Source of the DNA: Podarcis melisellensis | Taxonomy: Eukaryota | Reading direction: 5' to 3' (one strand) | Length of the DNA stretch: 64,000 nt | NCBI GenBank assembly: GCA_964234715.1 | Contig: OZ174291.1 | Part shown: piece after piece, positions 1 through 14,152 of the stretch | Layout: each line of letters starts with the position of its first letter | How positions within the stretch are numbered: the first letter of the stretch is position 1 | The notes under the pieces: generated by a model | Seen by the model: only the letters and a program-made list of their open reading frames with translations | Told to the model about the DNA's origin: nothing | The model's database searches: none | Made by a program: the position numbers and the translations under genes

Positions 1-554
1 CCCAGAATAGTGACTCATTCAGAGATATTACCTTTAGAGCAGATAATTCTTACTCTTCAACAACCTACAAGTAAATTTTATGGGATGTAAGACTGGAGTG
101 TGCCTCTGGTATTAGTTCAGGGGGAGGAAAGGTTGAGGGCAGGGAATGGGGAAAGGGGGGAAATCAATTTTAAGTATGCAATCCATGACTATCCCTTGAT
201 TTCCCTGCATGTAGCTGGCGGCATTTCTGACTTTTTCCAGTGTAGGATTATCAAAATTCCTTCAGCCCTTAGTAAGCAATGAATCAATTCAACACGCTGC
301 TCTGAATGGCCTACATACTTTCACGCATCTCTTCTCAACCATAAGCACTAGATGTTTGGGTATTTCTTTTTATTTCTTGTTTTAAAAGACAAAGATGGAA
401 AGCCAGTATTCAGGGAATTGAAAACCTATAACCACGTTGTACCCTTTCCCTTTCCTCCCATTGCATAGCATATGTTTAAACCCAGGTAAACAAAAACAAT
501 TAGAAACTAGAAGAAACTAGAAATAATTATCACAGCAACTGTGAGTCCACTTAC

Positions 555-696
555 CGACACCAAGATATTTGGTATAACAACGTAGTCAGATTCTAACCCA
601 ACTGACAGCTCTGGCCGGAAGTAGAAACTCCGATACTCTAAGAAGGAGATGGTATCATTGTCATGGAAAGTTATGTTGGTTTTCTCTCTGTGCTCC
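555..696 (-). CDS. SCARB1: SCARB1 (scavenger receptor class B member 1) coding exon 3; gene continues beyond the window start
   Basis: 142-nt exon bounded by ctacag| and |gtaagt. Translates (R)EHREKTNITFHDNDTISFLEYRSFYFRPELSVGLESDYVVIPNILVS, a CD36-family ectodomain segment. Phase matches exon 2. Confidence 0.96.
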
Positions 697-1998
697 CTGT
701 AGAAGAGAGAGGCAGGAAGACTCAGGCTAAATCAGTACCTGCATTGCTTCCACCATGGAAGGCTTTCCTCCATAATAGGCTGTAGACGTTGCAGACACCC
801 CATAGTTTTGTCATATGAAAGCTTTCTTGCAATGTCATTTTCTAGAGACAATATGCATAAAGAATTTAAGTGCTCTTCAGCAAAACAGTCTACTTACCAC
901 AACATTGCATCTTTACAACACCTGTGCTACTGACTCTCAAACTTTGGGATTGTTGAAATATATGCAACAAAAAAGTAATCAGTTTGAGTCATGCAACAAA
1001 AACTGGGTCCACTTGACCCAAAATGTAAAAGCAATGTGGACTGAAGTCGCTTCTGGGGCTCCTCTGGGAGCTTCATTACCTGCCCAGCAGATCTGCCCCT
1101 GAGGAACGGTCTAGGGCCCACTCCAAAGGAAGCAAGGGCATGCGCCTCTCCCCTCCAGACGCTTGCACAAACCATGTTCTTTGGTACACTTGGGGGTTTG
1201 TGGGTACACTTGTCAAGTGTTTCCAAGCGGCTGAAGATGGTAGTGGTGTGTGCCTCACTTTGACCGACAGCAGCAGTGGCTGCCACTGCCCGTGGAAGCA
1301 GGGGGGCCGAATGGAGGCTTGGCAGAGGCTACTGGTGCTACGCCTGGGTTGATGGCTGAGCGTGGGTCTCCCCTCCCAGCGGCTTGGGGGTGACTGCAGG
1401 GAGGGTGCATGTGGTGATGTCACACTTACGTGGAATTTGTAACATAGCTATACAGTACTGCCCAAGTTATGGCTGACTGGGATAGAGGGGTTATCCATAT
1501 TGTTTTCTGAAGGGCTTGTGATATAGCTAAGAATGGGATGAAGTCATGAAAGCCTGTTTGCTTTTTGTGGGAATGATGCTTTTGGGGAGGGGGCATTTTC
1601 TGGTTTGCCTCAGGCAACAAAATTCTGTGGGCCAGCCCTGACGTTTAGGTACAATGATAATGTTCATGTATTTGTGTTTATGTATCTATTATGTTTGTGT
1701 GGAGAGGGTATGAGTATTGCAAACCACTTTGAGATCTTCTATTAGCAAACAATTAATGATAACAACAGCAGCATCAGCAGCAGCTTCCTATGTTCATTTA
1801 AAAACTGAATCACTATTTATGTCGATCGAATAAAAACCCCTTTAAATCATTTTTTTAAAGTGTCTTCCAATTGGGCAACAGATTTTTTTAAAAAAACAAC
1901 ATGGTTTTTCAAGCAAAAGTACTCCTAAAAACTGTAAGCAGAGTCTTAAGAGGCGCTCTTGCTTTTTCTCACATGGGAGGGAATGACGCTTCCAGATA

Positions 1999-2229
1999 CA
2001 GTCGTACGTTGGATCCCAAACACAGCGAGAGTCAAACATTTTGGCTCCCAAATGCCGCAAACCGGTTTACAAGCGTTCTTTGGAATTCAAACATCCGACA
2101 CGGCTTACGCGGCTTCCAATTGGCTGCAGGGGCTTCCTGCCAATCAAAAGCTGTGCCTTGGTTTCCAAACGTTTTGGAAGTTGATTGGACTTCCAGAACG
2201 GATTCCGTTTGACTTCCGAGGTACGACTA
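1999..2229. mobile_element. Non-autonomous Tc1/mariner (pogo/Tigger-like) MITE
   Basis: TA|CAGTCGTACGTTGG ... CCGAGGTACGACTA|TA: terminal inverted repeats and a TA duplication. A related partial copy lies at about 54260-54435. Confidence 0.75.
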
Positions 2230-5200
2230 TACAATACTTATTTGCATCTAAAAACTGAGTGTGTTTCTTACTCCAAAACATTTTTTCATTATTAAGATTT
2301 TATTGAAAGTTTTTTTAAGAGTTATACACATACAAAGTGTCCTCATTTGCCCACCAGCCCAAAATCTCTGCAGGGCAGACCAGGTTGGGAAAACCTGGCC
2401 CAAAGCAGAAAAAACCCAGTGAGAAACTCCGTAAAAGTCATAGAACTGTAGAGCTGGAAAGGACCATGAGGATCATCTAGTCTACCTTCCTGGAATGCAG
2501 GAATCCTTTGTCCAATGTGGGGCTCGAACGCAGAATCTTGAGATTAAGAGTGTCATGTTCTGATCTCCCTGGCTTAGGAGTTACAGTGTTTTGAGACAAG
2601 AAGGCTGGATAGCACCATTATAACAAACTTCATGATTATCATCATTGTTCTCACCTCTCCTCCAAGGTGGTTCTTCCCCCACCCTTCCTATTTTATCCTC
2701 ACAATCCCCCTGTAAGGGAAACTGGACTGAGACACAGTGACTGGCTGAGTGGGGATTCGAACCCTAGTCTCCTAGGTCTTTCCCCAGCACTACAGTTCAC
2801 TACACTGGTTCTTTAGCACCATTTTTAATGTTATGAAGCGCTAAAAGCGCTATTTATCTGCTTTGTAAGTTGCAAGGCTTTTTTCATAACCTCCCTTGGA
2901 TGTCGGCATTAATCCATTAATCCTACCTTTTCTCGCCCTGACACTTCTAAAACAATCCTAGGTGTGCTGCAGACATAGCAATGGGTGCAGATTTCTCTCA
3001 CTGGCCTCCCAACACTTTCTATTTCAACAGAGGGACAGATCAACACCTCGAACAAAAGGAGTCATTGATACTGAAACAAATAAGGAGCAATCATGTAACC
3101 TTTAATAAGTGGCCCAGCATAATCCACAGGCCAAGGGCGGAGAACTAAAAGGAAAAGCCAATTATATATTTCAACCACCAACTTCACAGAGGATGATGGT
3201 TCAAGACTTCTGAAGAAGTGTTCCGTTCAGACTACAACAAATCCTCAGAAGCTTCTGACGCTCTTGCACATGAGAGCCACCTGTTAGTTTTAACAGAAAA
3301 GTGTGCCAGTCGTGTGCAACCCTTTGCATGAACATGAACACTCACTGCATTGAAAGGCCAATGAGATGCTTGCAGGGGCTCCACCTGTCAGCATTGGTGG
3401 ATTGACAGAGGCTTTGAACAGTAAAGATCAATTCAGCTGGTGGGGGCTCCTGACCTCACATCATGCAGCTGACCAAGCCTGCCAAGAGCTGCCCAGTAGT
3501 TCTTAAAAGGAACTGGAACCTCCGAGAGCAAGGGAAGCTGGCAATCCCAGACGGGTGACACAAGGATGGTGGATTAGGCAGCTCAGCAGAAAGCCCTGCT
3601 TGCTATGCGCCATTTAAATCCAATCTTGGGGCCGGAGCAGGAGAAGGGATAAGAGTCCCCATTCGCTTGGACTCTAATCTTGGGCAAAGGAGAAACAAAG
3701 ACATTTGTGCTAAGAGGCTTTTGCTTCATTCCCTTTGCACAGAGCCACAATGCATACATTCAGCACCCGCAAGTGCACCAGGGAGCGACTATAGGCACAA
3801 CGTACGCAGAGGACAAGCTTGGCATTATGCTGGCAGCTAAGCCCAGTGGGGGGGGGGAATTGTGCATGAGATGGCAACAGACCTTGCTGAGTGCTGGGCA
3901 AAAGATTTGGATAAGCTTTCAAGAAGGTCTTCCATCACTCCCTCCACTGACCTGTTTGGTGGCTTTCAAACTCCGTTCTTGGCTTGGAAGCTCCAAATCA
4001 AAGGAACTCCAAATTAGAGGCACTTTGAAAGCTGCCTTATACAGAAAGCCCACTGGTCTTTCTTGCTCAGCACTGTCCCCATGAACAGGCAGCGGCTCTC
4101 CAGGGTTTCAGACAAAAGCCTCTCCCAGCCCTACTGGGAGAGGGCAGGGACTGAACCTGGATCCTTATGCATGCCAGGCAGGTGCTCTGCCACTGAGCCA
4201 CGGCCCTTCAATGATCCCTCCCCAATGGGAAGCAACATGTCCCAAGGAGACAGCCGGGCCACTGCTACCAACCATTAAAGGGCAGCTGGTGGGGGCACTA
4301 GGAACACTCTAGGTCTAGGACACATATTCTGCCCACAAGAGCCAAAAGGCCTGAGTTGATTATAAATGGTCTGGGCTTTGGGGTGAGTAAGGAGGTGTAC
4401 TGGGGAACATGCGTTAGGGAAGCGCGGCAGATCAGTGGCACAGCATCTCCTTCAAAAGCAGAAGCATCTTTGGGTAGGGCTGGGAGTGCCTCTGGCTCGT
4501 GAAAACAGGTTTTTTTTAATTTCACTCCATTGAGCTGGTGCTGGCAGTCAGAATGGGACAGGGGTCAGACCACAAACAAAATAAACTGGAAATATTTATT
4601 TTAAAACAAAGCTCAGAGATGATTAGCATATGCAAGCTTGGCAATAAGTGAAATATAATAATAAAGGGAATGTTTGAATTAATATATAAACGTACGGGGT
4701 GGGGCGAATTAGACAGACTAATCATTTTTAATTGTTAAGCAGCTACAAATAAAGCATGAAAATCAGTAAAACCTGAACATCATGTTCCTAAATCTTCCAC
4801 CAGTCCAAACTATTTACAAGTTTTCTAAATTCCCAGCCTTATAGTAGCTGAAGCTAAAGATTAATAAGAAAACTGGGTTATAACTACCAGTCCCAAGGAA
4901 TTGGCTTCTGTGGACTAAGGGGCAAAGGTCAGAAAGGTGATCCAGAATGGCCCAAATAGGCAGTAAGTTCAGGCCGAGACTGAGGTGCAGCTGCTTTTTG
5001 ATCTGGCGCCTCCAAATAGACCTGTTTTCTCGTCTGCTCTTATCTCTCTCTCTCACACACCCTTTTTCTCACTTAAACAATTCTGTTATGGTAAATTATG
5101 TCAGGGCCAAGCTCCTATAAAATGAGCTTTATCTTTTTCTTAGCTGTTTTTGGGGAGGGACATAGTCTCAAGCTTAAGCAGAGTGAAAGGAGTTTCATGA

Positions 5201-5712
5201 AGGTTACTCAGAGCTGCCAACAAATCTTGTATCTTTTTCACTCTGGCACACAATCTCCGCTGAACTAAAGCCTCTCCAAGCCTCCCAATTTCTCATATTC
5301 CAGTAGACAAGAGACACTTCTACCCTAAAAGCAGACATTCAGGCTGGTTTAAACAATGGACCAGAGTTTTCTTGACCAGCCTGCTTTGCATTCTTTAGTT
5401 TCTGGGGGTGTCACCTTAACCACGCATGCAGGTTTCGTTGCTCATCAGGGAATGTGGTCTGCAGGCTAAAAAAAGCTTCTTCACCACCAGTTACATAAAA
5501 ATCACGTGTGGTAAACTTTTGCTCCTCCAGAGGTTGCTGAATCACAACTCCCATCAACCCAGCAAAGATGGCTAATGCCCAGGGATGATGAGTGTTGTAG
5601 TTCAGCAAGATGTGGTGGGCCAAAGGTTCCTCATGCCCAACATACAGGATAATTGACAAGAAAAAAAATAAGATTGTCACATGGGATGAAGCAGACAGAA
5701 ATGAGCTCAAAC

Positions 5713-5870
5713 CTGTATACATAAGGGCCACGCTGGGACACTACCGGCTTTCCTCCTTGAAGAACTTCCTTTGGATTCAGCACCTCAAATAAATAGACTG
5801 AAAAGAAAAATGGCACCGGGAGGTCTTTCCACAAGTTGAATGCCATGCCACTGGGATCAAGGCGCACATT
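5713..5870 (-). CDS. SCARB1: SCARB1 coding exon 2
   Basis: 158-nt exon, ttacag| ... |gtttga. Translates NVRLDPSGMAFNLWKDLPVPFFFSVYLFEVLNPKEVLQGGKPVVSQRGPYVY(R), with the CD36-family GPYVYR motif. Confidence 0.97.
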
Positions 5871-7824
5871 CTGTAATGACAAACATGTGCTTCATCAGAG
5901 GTTGTTGTTGTTTATTACTCCCACTTCTCCCTAAGGTGGGTGGCAACCATTTAAAAGACAACATTAAAACCAAATTTTAAAACCTTACAATTACCAAAAA
6001 AAATACAAACATGAAAAACAACATTTAGTAAAGATAAAAAGTAGTAATAAAAAGAAACAAAAATTCTATGGCTGTGAAAAAAGCACTAAGTGTGTGTATC
6101 TTATGCGCCACATAGTCAATATAGCGTTTAACCAAAAAGTAGCAGAGAATTAGGCAGATATGCCAGTTTCTGTAAAATGAGGGCAATTGAGTAATACAGA
6201 AAGGAGGGGATATTAAAACAAAGAATGACAAAAGGGAAGTAAAAGAGAATACAGTTGTTTATTTCTCCTGGAACACATCAGCAGAGCATGTGTTGCGTTA
6301 TATTTACATTCTTTGGCACATATTCTGGGAATTTTTGAGCTAGCATCTGATCTAATCTCAAAAATAAGAGGAATGCACTGCCCAAGTTTTGTACCCTTGA
6401 GATGAGGCAAGCCACAACTCGAAATTCTGTAATTAATGAGTAACTTTGTCTCTGAACCCTGAAGGGCCAGTCGCCCACCCTCCACCCCCGGGAGCTGGTG
6501 TTGAGGCCCTGTGTCCAACTCAGGCCAGGCTGCTTGGAACCAGCTGTGAGGAACCAGTGGCCATCCAGATGTTGGGCAGCCTGACCAATGTCCAGCCACA
6601 TGTTCCCTGTCCCTGAACCAGAATGCAAAATTACATCGCTCGCTTATCAGTTTAGTTAGAGTGGATTTAAATCAATGTTTGAACAACTCTGCAAATGCAG
6701 GATCCTTTGCTAGAGAGCCATTTTGGCACCATCTGCCTGCCTAGGTCAGGCCTTACAGGGTGGTCGTAAGTGGGCTGCTGCAAGAAATGTCATGGTGAGG
6801 GAGCAAGGAACCATGCTAGAAGAGAGAAGAAATGCCTAAGGACATAAGACAAGCCCTTTTGGCTCGGGCCAAAACATCCTGGTCTCACAGTTGCCCCCCA
6901 GGTGCCTCTGGGAAGTCCAAACGAAGAACCTGCGTGGAACTCCCCCCACCTGTGATCATTCACAGCAAAGAAGAAACAGAGCTACAAGGGGAATACAGAA
7001 ACCCTAAGTTACTGAATCACTAACAATATCCATATATAATTGTATTTATAGGTTTTTTGGTTTTTTTTAAAAAAATAAGGGTCTAATTCACATCAGTTAT
7101 CCTAGTGCCTTTGTACTAAATGGCTAGAAAACCTTTTCACTGGGAGAAAAAGTTTACTTCTAAGCAAGTGGGATAAAATATTGCCTGTATCATTCTACTT
7201 ATTTCTCTGCAAGTAAGGCCTGCTCTGCAGTGTGCATTTAAAGCAGTAATGTACCCCCTTTTAAAAACAGCCATGGCTTCCATCAAATAATTCTGGGAAC
7301 TGTCATCGCTTAAGGGTGCAGAGAGTTGTTAGGACGTCCCCATCTCCTCTCACCAATGGACATCCTCCCCCCACCCCCAGCTACAACCTCCACAGAACAC
7401 TTCAGACTCCCAACGGTGCCAATCACAAGACGTTTTCTGGCATATGTGCCATAATAGCACATGATGTTCTGTCAGGGTTCATAACTAGCCAGTGCAGGGG
7501 ATTGAACAAACAGCCTATTGAAAATGGACATGTTACCCTGAGATGCTACTGCGGGCTTTCTCCACACCATATTAAATCCTCAGCTTCAAACAAAGTTCTG
7601 CTTTAAAGGGTGTTTTCTAGGATGTAACACGTTGCAAGAACCACTTGAGGCAGAAGCCTGATCTTTTGAGATGCGAGAAGAACTTTGAGAACTCATTATA
7701 TATGCTCCAGTTAAAACAGAAATTGTTTGTAGTGCTGTCAAAATGAGGTTTCTTGAGAGTGTGACAGCTCAGAAAGAGCTTGGAGAGGCAGCTGGTTCCC
7801 TTTAGAGTCAGTCATTTGGTTATC

Positions 7825-7898
7825 AGAAGAAGAAGAAGAAGAAGAAGAAGAAAAAGAAGAAGAAGAAGAAGAAGAGTAGTAGTAGTAGTAGTAGTAGT
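7825..7898. repeat. Compound microsatellite (AAG)n(TAG)n forming a SINE tail
   Basis: Read directly from the sequence. Confidence 0.95.
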
Positions 7899-8132
7899 TT
7901 GGATTTGATATCCCACTTTATCACTCCCCTTCAGGAGTCTCAAAGCGGCTCACATTCTCCTTTCCCTTCCTCCCCCACAACAAACACTCTGTGGGGTGAG
8001 TGGGGCTGAGAGACTTCAGAGAAGTGTGACTGGCCCAAGGTCACCCAGCAGCTGCAGGTGGAGGAGCGGAGACGCGAACCCGGTTCCCCAGATTACGAGT
8101 CTTATCGCTCTTAATCACTACACCACACTGGC
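7899..8132 (-). mobile_element. tRNA-derived SINE (MIR/Squam-like), young copy
   Basis: Minus-strand head gccagtgtggtgtagtgattaagagc...gggttcgcgtc with A- and B-box-like motifs, a MIR-like core and a microsatellite tail. tcagaaga is repeated on both flanks. Confidence 0.75.
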
Positions 8133-8399
8133 TCAGAAGATACTCGGATAATTGATGAATCAAAAACCACAGCAGGAATCAAAGCAGTTTAAGAATTGGG
8201 CCCAGCGACTGAGTGGGCAGGGAGCCAGAGAGAATGCAGTAGTAAGAGTTGGTATAACATAGAGACCAAAGGGACTGAGCTACAAATTATGAATTCCCCA
8301 ACTTGAAATTTGTCTGCTATGGACTCATTAGGCAGCCCCAGGAAAGCCACTCTCTTAAATTGGTTCTATCTGCAATAGGTTTTAATCTGAGTCATCCCA

Positions 8400-8603
8400 A
8401 TGGATGCAGAGCGTGATGTTGCCTTGGACATTTTAATCACAAAGGTAGTGTGTCTTCCATCAAGGTATCATTTAAACTTGCAAAAGATTTTATTAGAGGG
8501 AACAAATGTAATATACAAGTGTGATGTTGGGAAAGTATTAACAAAGCTTCAGAAACCAAGGATTACAAAAACGATTTGGTCCTCAGGAAAAGTAATTGTA
8601 TAA
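8400..8603 (+). pseudogene. TBPL1: TBPL1 (TRF2, TBP-like 1) 5' fragment, probable processed retrocopy, antisense in SCARB1 intron 1
   Basis: ORF MDAERDVALDILITKVVCLPSRYHLNLQKILLEGTNVIYKCDVGKVLTKLQKPRITKTIWSSGKVIV closely matches the vertebrate TBPL1 N-terminus (MDADSDVALDILITNVVCVFRTRCHLNLRKIALEGANVIYKRDVGKVLMKLRKPRITATIWSSGKII). It shows substitutions, a one-codon deletion and truncation. Confidence 0.9.
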
Positions 8604-11600
8604 GCTGCCACTTCACGGTTAGGTAACCTAACCAAGCACCTTTTATAAGACTGATGCGCATTAGACTAATAGCAAAAAAGGGGGGGGGGGACTGAACCAA
8701 CATAGCTGAAGAGGTCACACTCTTGACCACGATGATAAACTCCAATCCCGTTTGGATTTTATTTGGAACGTTGCTGTATTGTTAAAACAAATGTTCACAA
8801 GATACAACATGCTTTTTACGAGACATTCTATTTATTTCTGCAGTAATATCCAACCGTTTTAGGAACTCCTCTCCTTGGTCTTTTTTTGCTACTGAAGATG
8901 TCTCACAAGGCAGCAGGTACAGATTTTTCCTCAGGATTTACTCCCAAAGCCTTTCTCACAAATGAGCATAGCTGCAAAGTAGTGGAGGTTTAGGATCAGA
9001 GTTTTTCTTCTGCTAGATGGTTTACCTTCCCAGGTTGATGAGCCCCATCTGCCCCTCCCTTCCCTCTACAGTATGTGCAGAAACCACCTTCTTGATCATT
9101 GGACCCACTATTAGTCTTGTCCACTCCATCCGCCGGGGCCTGTCTTCACATGCAGGGGGTTGTCCCTAACTCAGTGAGGGTTTGAGACCCACCAGCTTCC
9201 TCCTGGTTTAGCCAGTCAGTTGAAGCTGTTTCCCAGGGTGTGGCCACTGTCGCATCCTGACAGCTTCTAGGAGCCACAGGTGAGAGCTGAGTGCAGGGTG
9301 GGGACCAAAGGTGGAAGGAGCATGGCATGTCCCCCACCAGAGGTACTACCTCTCCCCTAAGACACACCTGTGACCATGTAGTTGGTCCTTTTAAAAGGCA
9401 TTGTGCTACTGTTGCTCTTTGGTTTCTTGCCTCTCATAGTTGTTTTAATACAGGGTTAGATACATGCAGAAGGTGCCAGGCTCAGTCCCAAGGCAGAGCA
9501 GAGAAAGGCCCAGTTGGAACCCCGGCAGAGTTGCTGTTGCCAGTAAGACCAGTGGACAATGATAAGCTAGAGGGACTCATGGTCTGACTGGGAATAAGGC
9601 AGCTTCCTATGTTCTTGGGGTCCTCCAAATATTGTTGGACTCCAGCTGCCATTAGCCCCAGCCAGCATGCCCAATGGTGAGGTATCATGGGCAAGCATTC
9701 AAAATTAGCTAGGTGCCAGGTGCATTTTGCACCTTGCTTTTGACCACTTGTGAGCAAGTGAAGATGCCTGGGCCCAGAATGGCACCTGACATTTCCACCA
9801 TCTGGGGATCATTGGATCGGGACTGTTTGCACACACCAATACCCCATCCTGTGGAAGAGGTCACCATGAAGAAAAAGAGGTCAGAATAGGCCAATATATA
9901 TGTGGCTGTCCCTGGATCAAGTGACTTTCCTTCTCTAAGTTTTCAAAGTTCTCAACCTGGCTTAAGGTTGTCATCTGAACTAGCCGCATGTTTAACGGAG
10001 AATCAATCAGAGACAGTCCATCATTTGAAAAATAAGACTTTTTAGAGCCATCTTGCCCCCCAACTAGACTTTCCGTTTTGGTGACTGTAGCCTTGGTTTA
10101 AGGAGCCCTTTGGTGCCTAGTTATATATTTGAGTTTCTAACACTGATCATGGGAGCTGTAGTCCAACTGTGTCCGAAAAGCCACAGGTCCCCTATCTAAA
10201 TCGAGGATGTGTTATTATTTCCCAAGTGTAGATGCAATAGTGGCTTGAATGCAAGGCAAGGAATGTCTACTGCTAAGTGGAGAGAGACTCTGGCAGGCAG
10301 AACAAGAGAGAGGGTTTCCTGCCAGGAGACAGGCAAGCACCACCCGCACAAGGCCATTCTTGGATTCCTAGAATATTTGGTTGTGCTTAAATAGACCACA
10401 ACTGAAAATATTTGATCAGCCATAGTCATGTGGTCACTGGGATAGCTCAGCAGTGCCTTCCAACGCTGCAATTCTATGTTTCTGTGTCCCCAAATTCCCT
10501 TCTTCACAGGAATGTTTTTCTTAACGTTGACCAAATTCATTTGGGCTTAATCCCTTTGCTCATTCTACAGCCTCAGCAGATAAGATCCAGATAAGAGAAG
10601 GCAGGAAAGGGCGGAGGGAGGGGGAAACCAACCCCACTCCCTTACTCTTAGGAATATTTTGCAATGAGGCTCCTATTTGTGCATTAGAGCAGGAAGTGTT
10701 TCTGCTGATCTGATGCTTATGTAAGACAATGTCAGCTGCTCAAGCCCAAGCCTCCTGCCTTAACACGAGACTTCTGACCACAGCTGGACCCATGGTCTAA
10801 TGCACCACCTGCCTGAGTCTTGCAGCTTTCCCTATCATTGTACCTCCATTTTTCAGATGTCCCTTAGGCAGTTGCAAAATACTTTTTCATAAAAGTCCCC
10901 CCCCTACTGTATTTATTTAGGGCTTGACTAAGGCAGTTCCTGTTTATTTCCTGAAAAGCAGAGGTAAAGGATAGGGTTGCCAATAATTGGACTACTGTAT
11001 AGTTATATTAAACCTACAGCTTATTCCTTCCACAAACACCATTGCCTCATGTGGTTTTCCAAAGGCTGAAGGACTGTTCAACTGAAGTCCCCCTGGCAAA
11101 TTATGGTTCAGGCCAACCTCTTGGCCACGCTGGTGGTGGCTGGTGGGAGCTGGCGCCCAGGCACCTCTGAAGGGCCACAGCTTCCTCATGCCTGACTTAG
11201 GCCCTGGAGTTGGAGTTTCCTTTAATTACAGTTGCCAAACCTCTTTTATTGGGAAACTATTGTGGCCATATTTAAAACAGTAAATTGTCTAACTTTGTAA
11301 ACCACTCAGAGCTGGATACATTTATTATTCTGTACCAAACAATGTAGAAAATCATTATAGCATAAGCTCTTTTTGGAAATAGAAGTAAGAAATGTCATCA
11401 TAAAGTTGCAGTCTTATAACTTATGTACATTTACCTGGGAGTATCACATTCCACTCAAAAATTCAGTGGGACTTCTTCTCAGTAAAGATGCATAGGGGCG
11501 TATTGCCTGCTGCAATATGTACACGTACTCATATGCCAAGGAATTGTGGCCCTGCAGAGATTGTTGTGTTCCAGCTCACATCAGCCCTAAGCTAACACAG

Positions 11601-11621
11601 CCAGTGATGAGAGCTGCAGTC

Positions 11622-11624
<3 letters not shown>

Positions 11625-11652
<28 letters not shown>
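11625..11652. repeat. (CA)n microsatellite
   Basis: Read directly from the sequence. Confidence 0.95.
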
Positions 11653-11655
<3 letters not shown>

Positions 11656-11819
11656 CGCTCTCCAGAGATCACGCCTGCTTGTGGCGGAGTCAGGGGTCCA
11701 TAAAACACAAGAACAGCTTGTGACATTCCAAGGCAAAGCTCAAGTGTATACTAGATAAGATGAGTGGCTCCATTCACAGCAGCTGAAACTGGTACCAACA
11801 ATTTAATACAGCTCTGCTT

Positions 11820-12400
11820 TATAGAATTGTAGCATTGCAAAGGACCCCAAGGGTCATCTAGTCCAACCACCTGCAATGCAGGAATCTCAGCTAAAGCATC
11901 CATGACAGATGGCCATCCAACCTCTGCTTAAAAACTTTCAAGAAAGGATAGTCCACAACCTCCCGAACAGCTCTTACTGTCAGAAAATTCTTCCTGATGT
12001 TTAGTTGGAATCTTCTTTCTTGTAAGTTGAAGCCTTTGGTTCAAGTCCTACCCTCCAGAGCAGGAGAAAACAAGCTTGCTCCATCTTCCAACTCGCAACC
12101 CTTAAAATATTTGAAGATGGCTATCATGTCTCCTCTTTTCCAGCCTAAACACACCCAGCTTCTTCAACCGTTCAAGGCTTGGTTTCCAGACCCTTGATCA
12201 TCTCGCTTGCCCTCCTCTGCACACATTCCAGCTTATCAATATCCTTAAATTGTGGTGCCCAGAATTGTACACAATATTCCTTCCAGGTGTGGCATCACCA
12301 AGGCGGAACAGAGTGCTACAGTTGCTTCCCTTGACCTGGACACGAGACTTCTGCTGATGCAGCCTAGAATAGCATTAACTTTTTTTTGCTGCTGCATCTC
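11820..12400 (-). mobile_element. CR1 LINE 3' fragment
   Basis: Typical CR1 3' end (ggttggactagatgaccc...attctat) and decayed ORF2 (KVNAILGCISRSLVSRSRE). Boundaries approximate. Confidence 0.8.
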
Positions 12401-13732
12401 ATGTGTGACTGTGTGTGGTTGTGTGGAGTTTTCAAAATATATATATATATACAAAAGAAAAAGAAACACAACCTTTAAATATCTCCCCAAAATAAGATGG
12501 GTATAAGGTCTAGAATAAATCACTATGCTGGCACTTTGGCACAAAGAGGAAGAGAAAATAAGTAAAAGGACAAATTGCATTTATAGACAAAAAAAATAAT
12601 GTAATCCAATCTCTGTTCTACGTAGCAAATGCGTAATTGGCATATGAAATAAAGTTGCACCATATAGCTTGAATGTTTGCCGCTTCTCTTTCGCTTGTAA
12701 TAGTTGTACATGGGAGCAACTTTCTCCAATATTCCAAAGATTTTTATCTCTGTGTATACTTTATTGGAAGCCGCCCAGAGTGGCTGGGGCAACCCAGTCA
12801 GATGGGAAGGGTACAAGAAATATATTATTCTTACTATAAAATGAAACAACAACAACAACTTTACCAAAAAGAAATACAAGGTCACTCCCATCAAAGGTGG
12901 AAGTATGTGCCTTTAACAGGAAACAAGGTTACAAGCAGGTCTAATATCTACCAGCTGTGCCTAAGTTCTGTATCAGCAGTGCAATATTTTCAATGACATT
13001 TCACAAATACCTGGTGACACAGATTTAAATTGGTTTTCTATCCACTCATTCAGACAGACTTCGCTACTGCTATATTCAAGCCATCTACCCAGATTTTCTT
13101 TGGGCCCAAAGAGGAACCTGTTTAACATAGCTTTGCCATGCTAATTTAACATTTTTGAGGGTGGTGCAGGGAGTAGCCTGATCTCAAGTGAATCCTACAT
13201 TAATTGAAGGGGTCTTGAGGACAAATAAATGCTGAGTCCTACCTGCACTAAACATTTAAAGCAGCACTCGCACCACCTTAAACAGTCAAGGCTTCCTCCA
13301 AAGAATCTTGAGAACTACAGTTTGTTATGAGTGGTGAGTTTTAGGAAACTCCCTATCACAGCAGTAGCTGGGGGACGGGTCTAGCCACAGTTTCTGATCC
13401 AGTGAAGCCCCCTGTGGGTTTCTGCTACGGTGTAAGAAAGAAATTCTGAGGGACAGAGGGAGGGACAGGAAGCTGAGGAAGAGAATCAGTTGGACTAGAT
13501 GACCCTTGGGGTCCCTTCCAACTCTACAATTCTATGATTCTATGATACCTTCAGAACTTTGAATGTGCTTAAATAGCTAAGGTTGAGGGATTTTACAGAC
13601 TATACATGATCTGCACACAGGAAAGTAAAGGGTGTGTGTGAACATTTTCCCTGCCAGAGGCAGTTCCCTGGCAAGCTCTGGTCAGCCCGGCTGCATTAGG
13701 AATGTAATAGATAGGCACTTTCTACCTTTCTA

Positions 13733-14152
13733 CATTGGCTCCCAGTACGTTTCTGAGCACAATTCAAAGTGTTGGTTTTGACCTTTAAAGCCCTAAACGG
13801 CCTCGTCCAGTATACCTGAAGGAGCGTCTCCACCCCCATCGTTCTGCCCGGACGCTGAGGTTCAGCGCTGAGGGCCTTCTGGCGGTTCCCTCATTGCGAG
13901 AAGCAAAGCTACAGGGAACCAGACAGAGGGCCTTCTCGGTGGTGGCGCCCGCCCTGTGGAACGCCCTTCCAGCAGATGTCAAAGAGATAAACAACTACCT
14001 GACATTCAGAAGACATCTTAAGGCAGCCCTGTTCAGGGAAGTTTTTAACGTGTGACATTTTAGTGTATTTTTTGTCTTTGTTGGAAGCTGCCCAGAGTGG
14101 CTGGGGAAACCCAACCAGGTGGGCGGGGTACAAATAATAAATTATTATTATA
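13733..14152 (+). mobile_element. L2-type LINE 3' end, CpG-rich young copy
   Basis: Remnant of the ORF2 C-terminus (HWLPV...FKVLVLTFKAL), then a 3' UTR ending aataataaattattattat. A short copy of the same tail lies at about 12765-12830. Confidence 0.75.
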
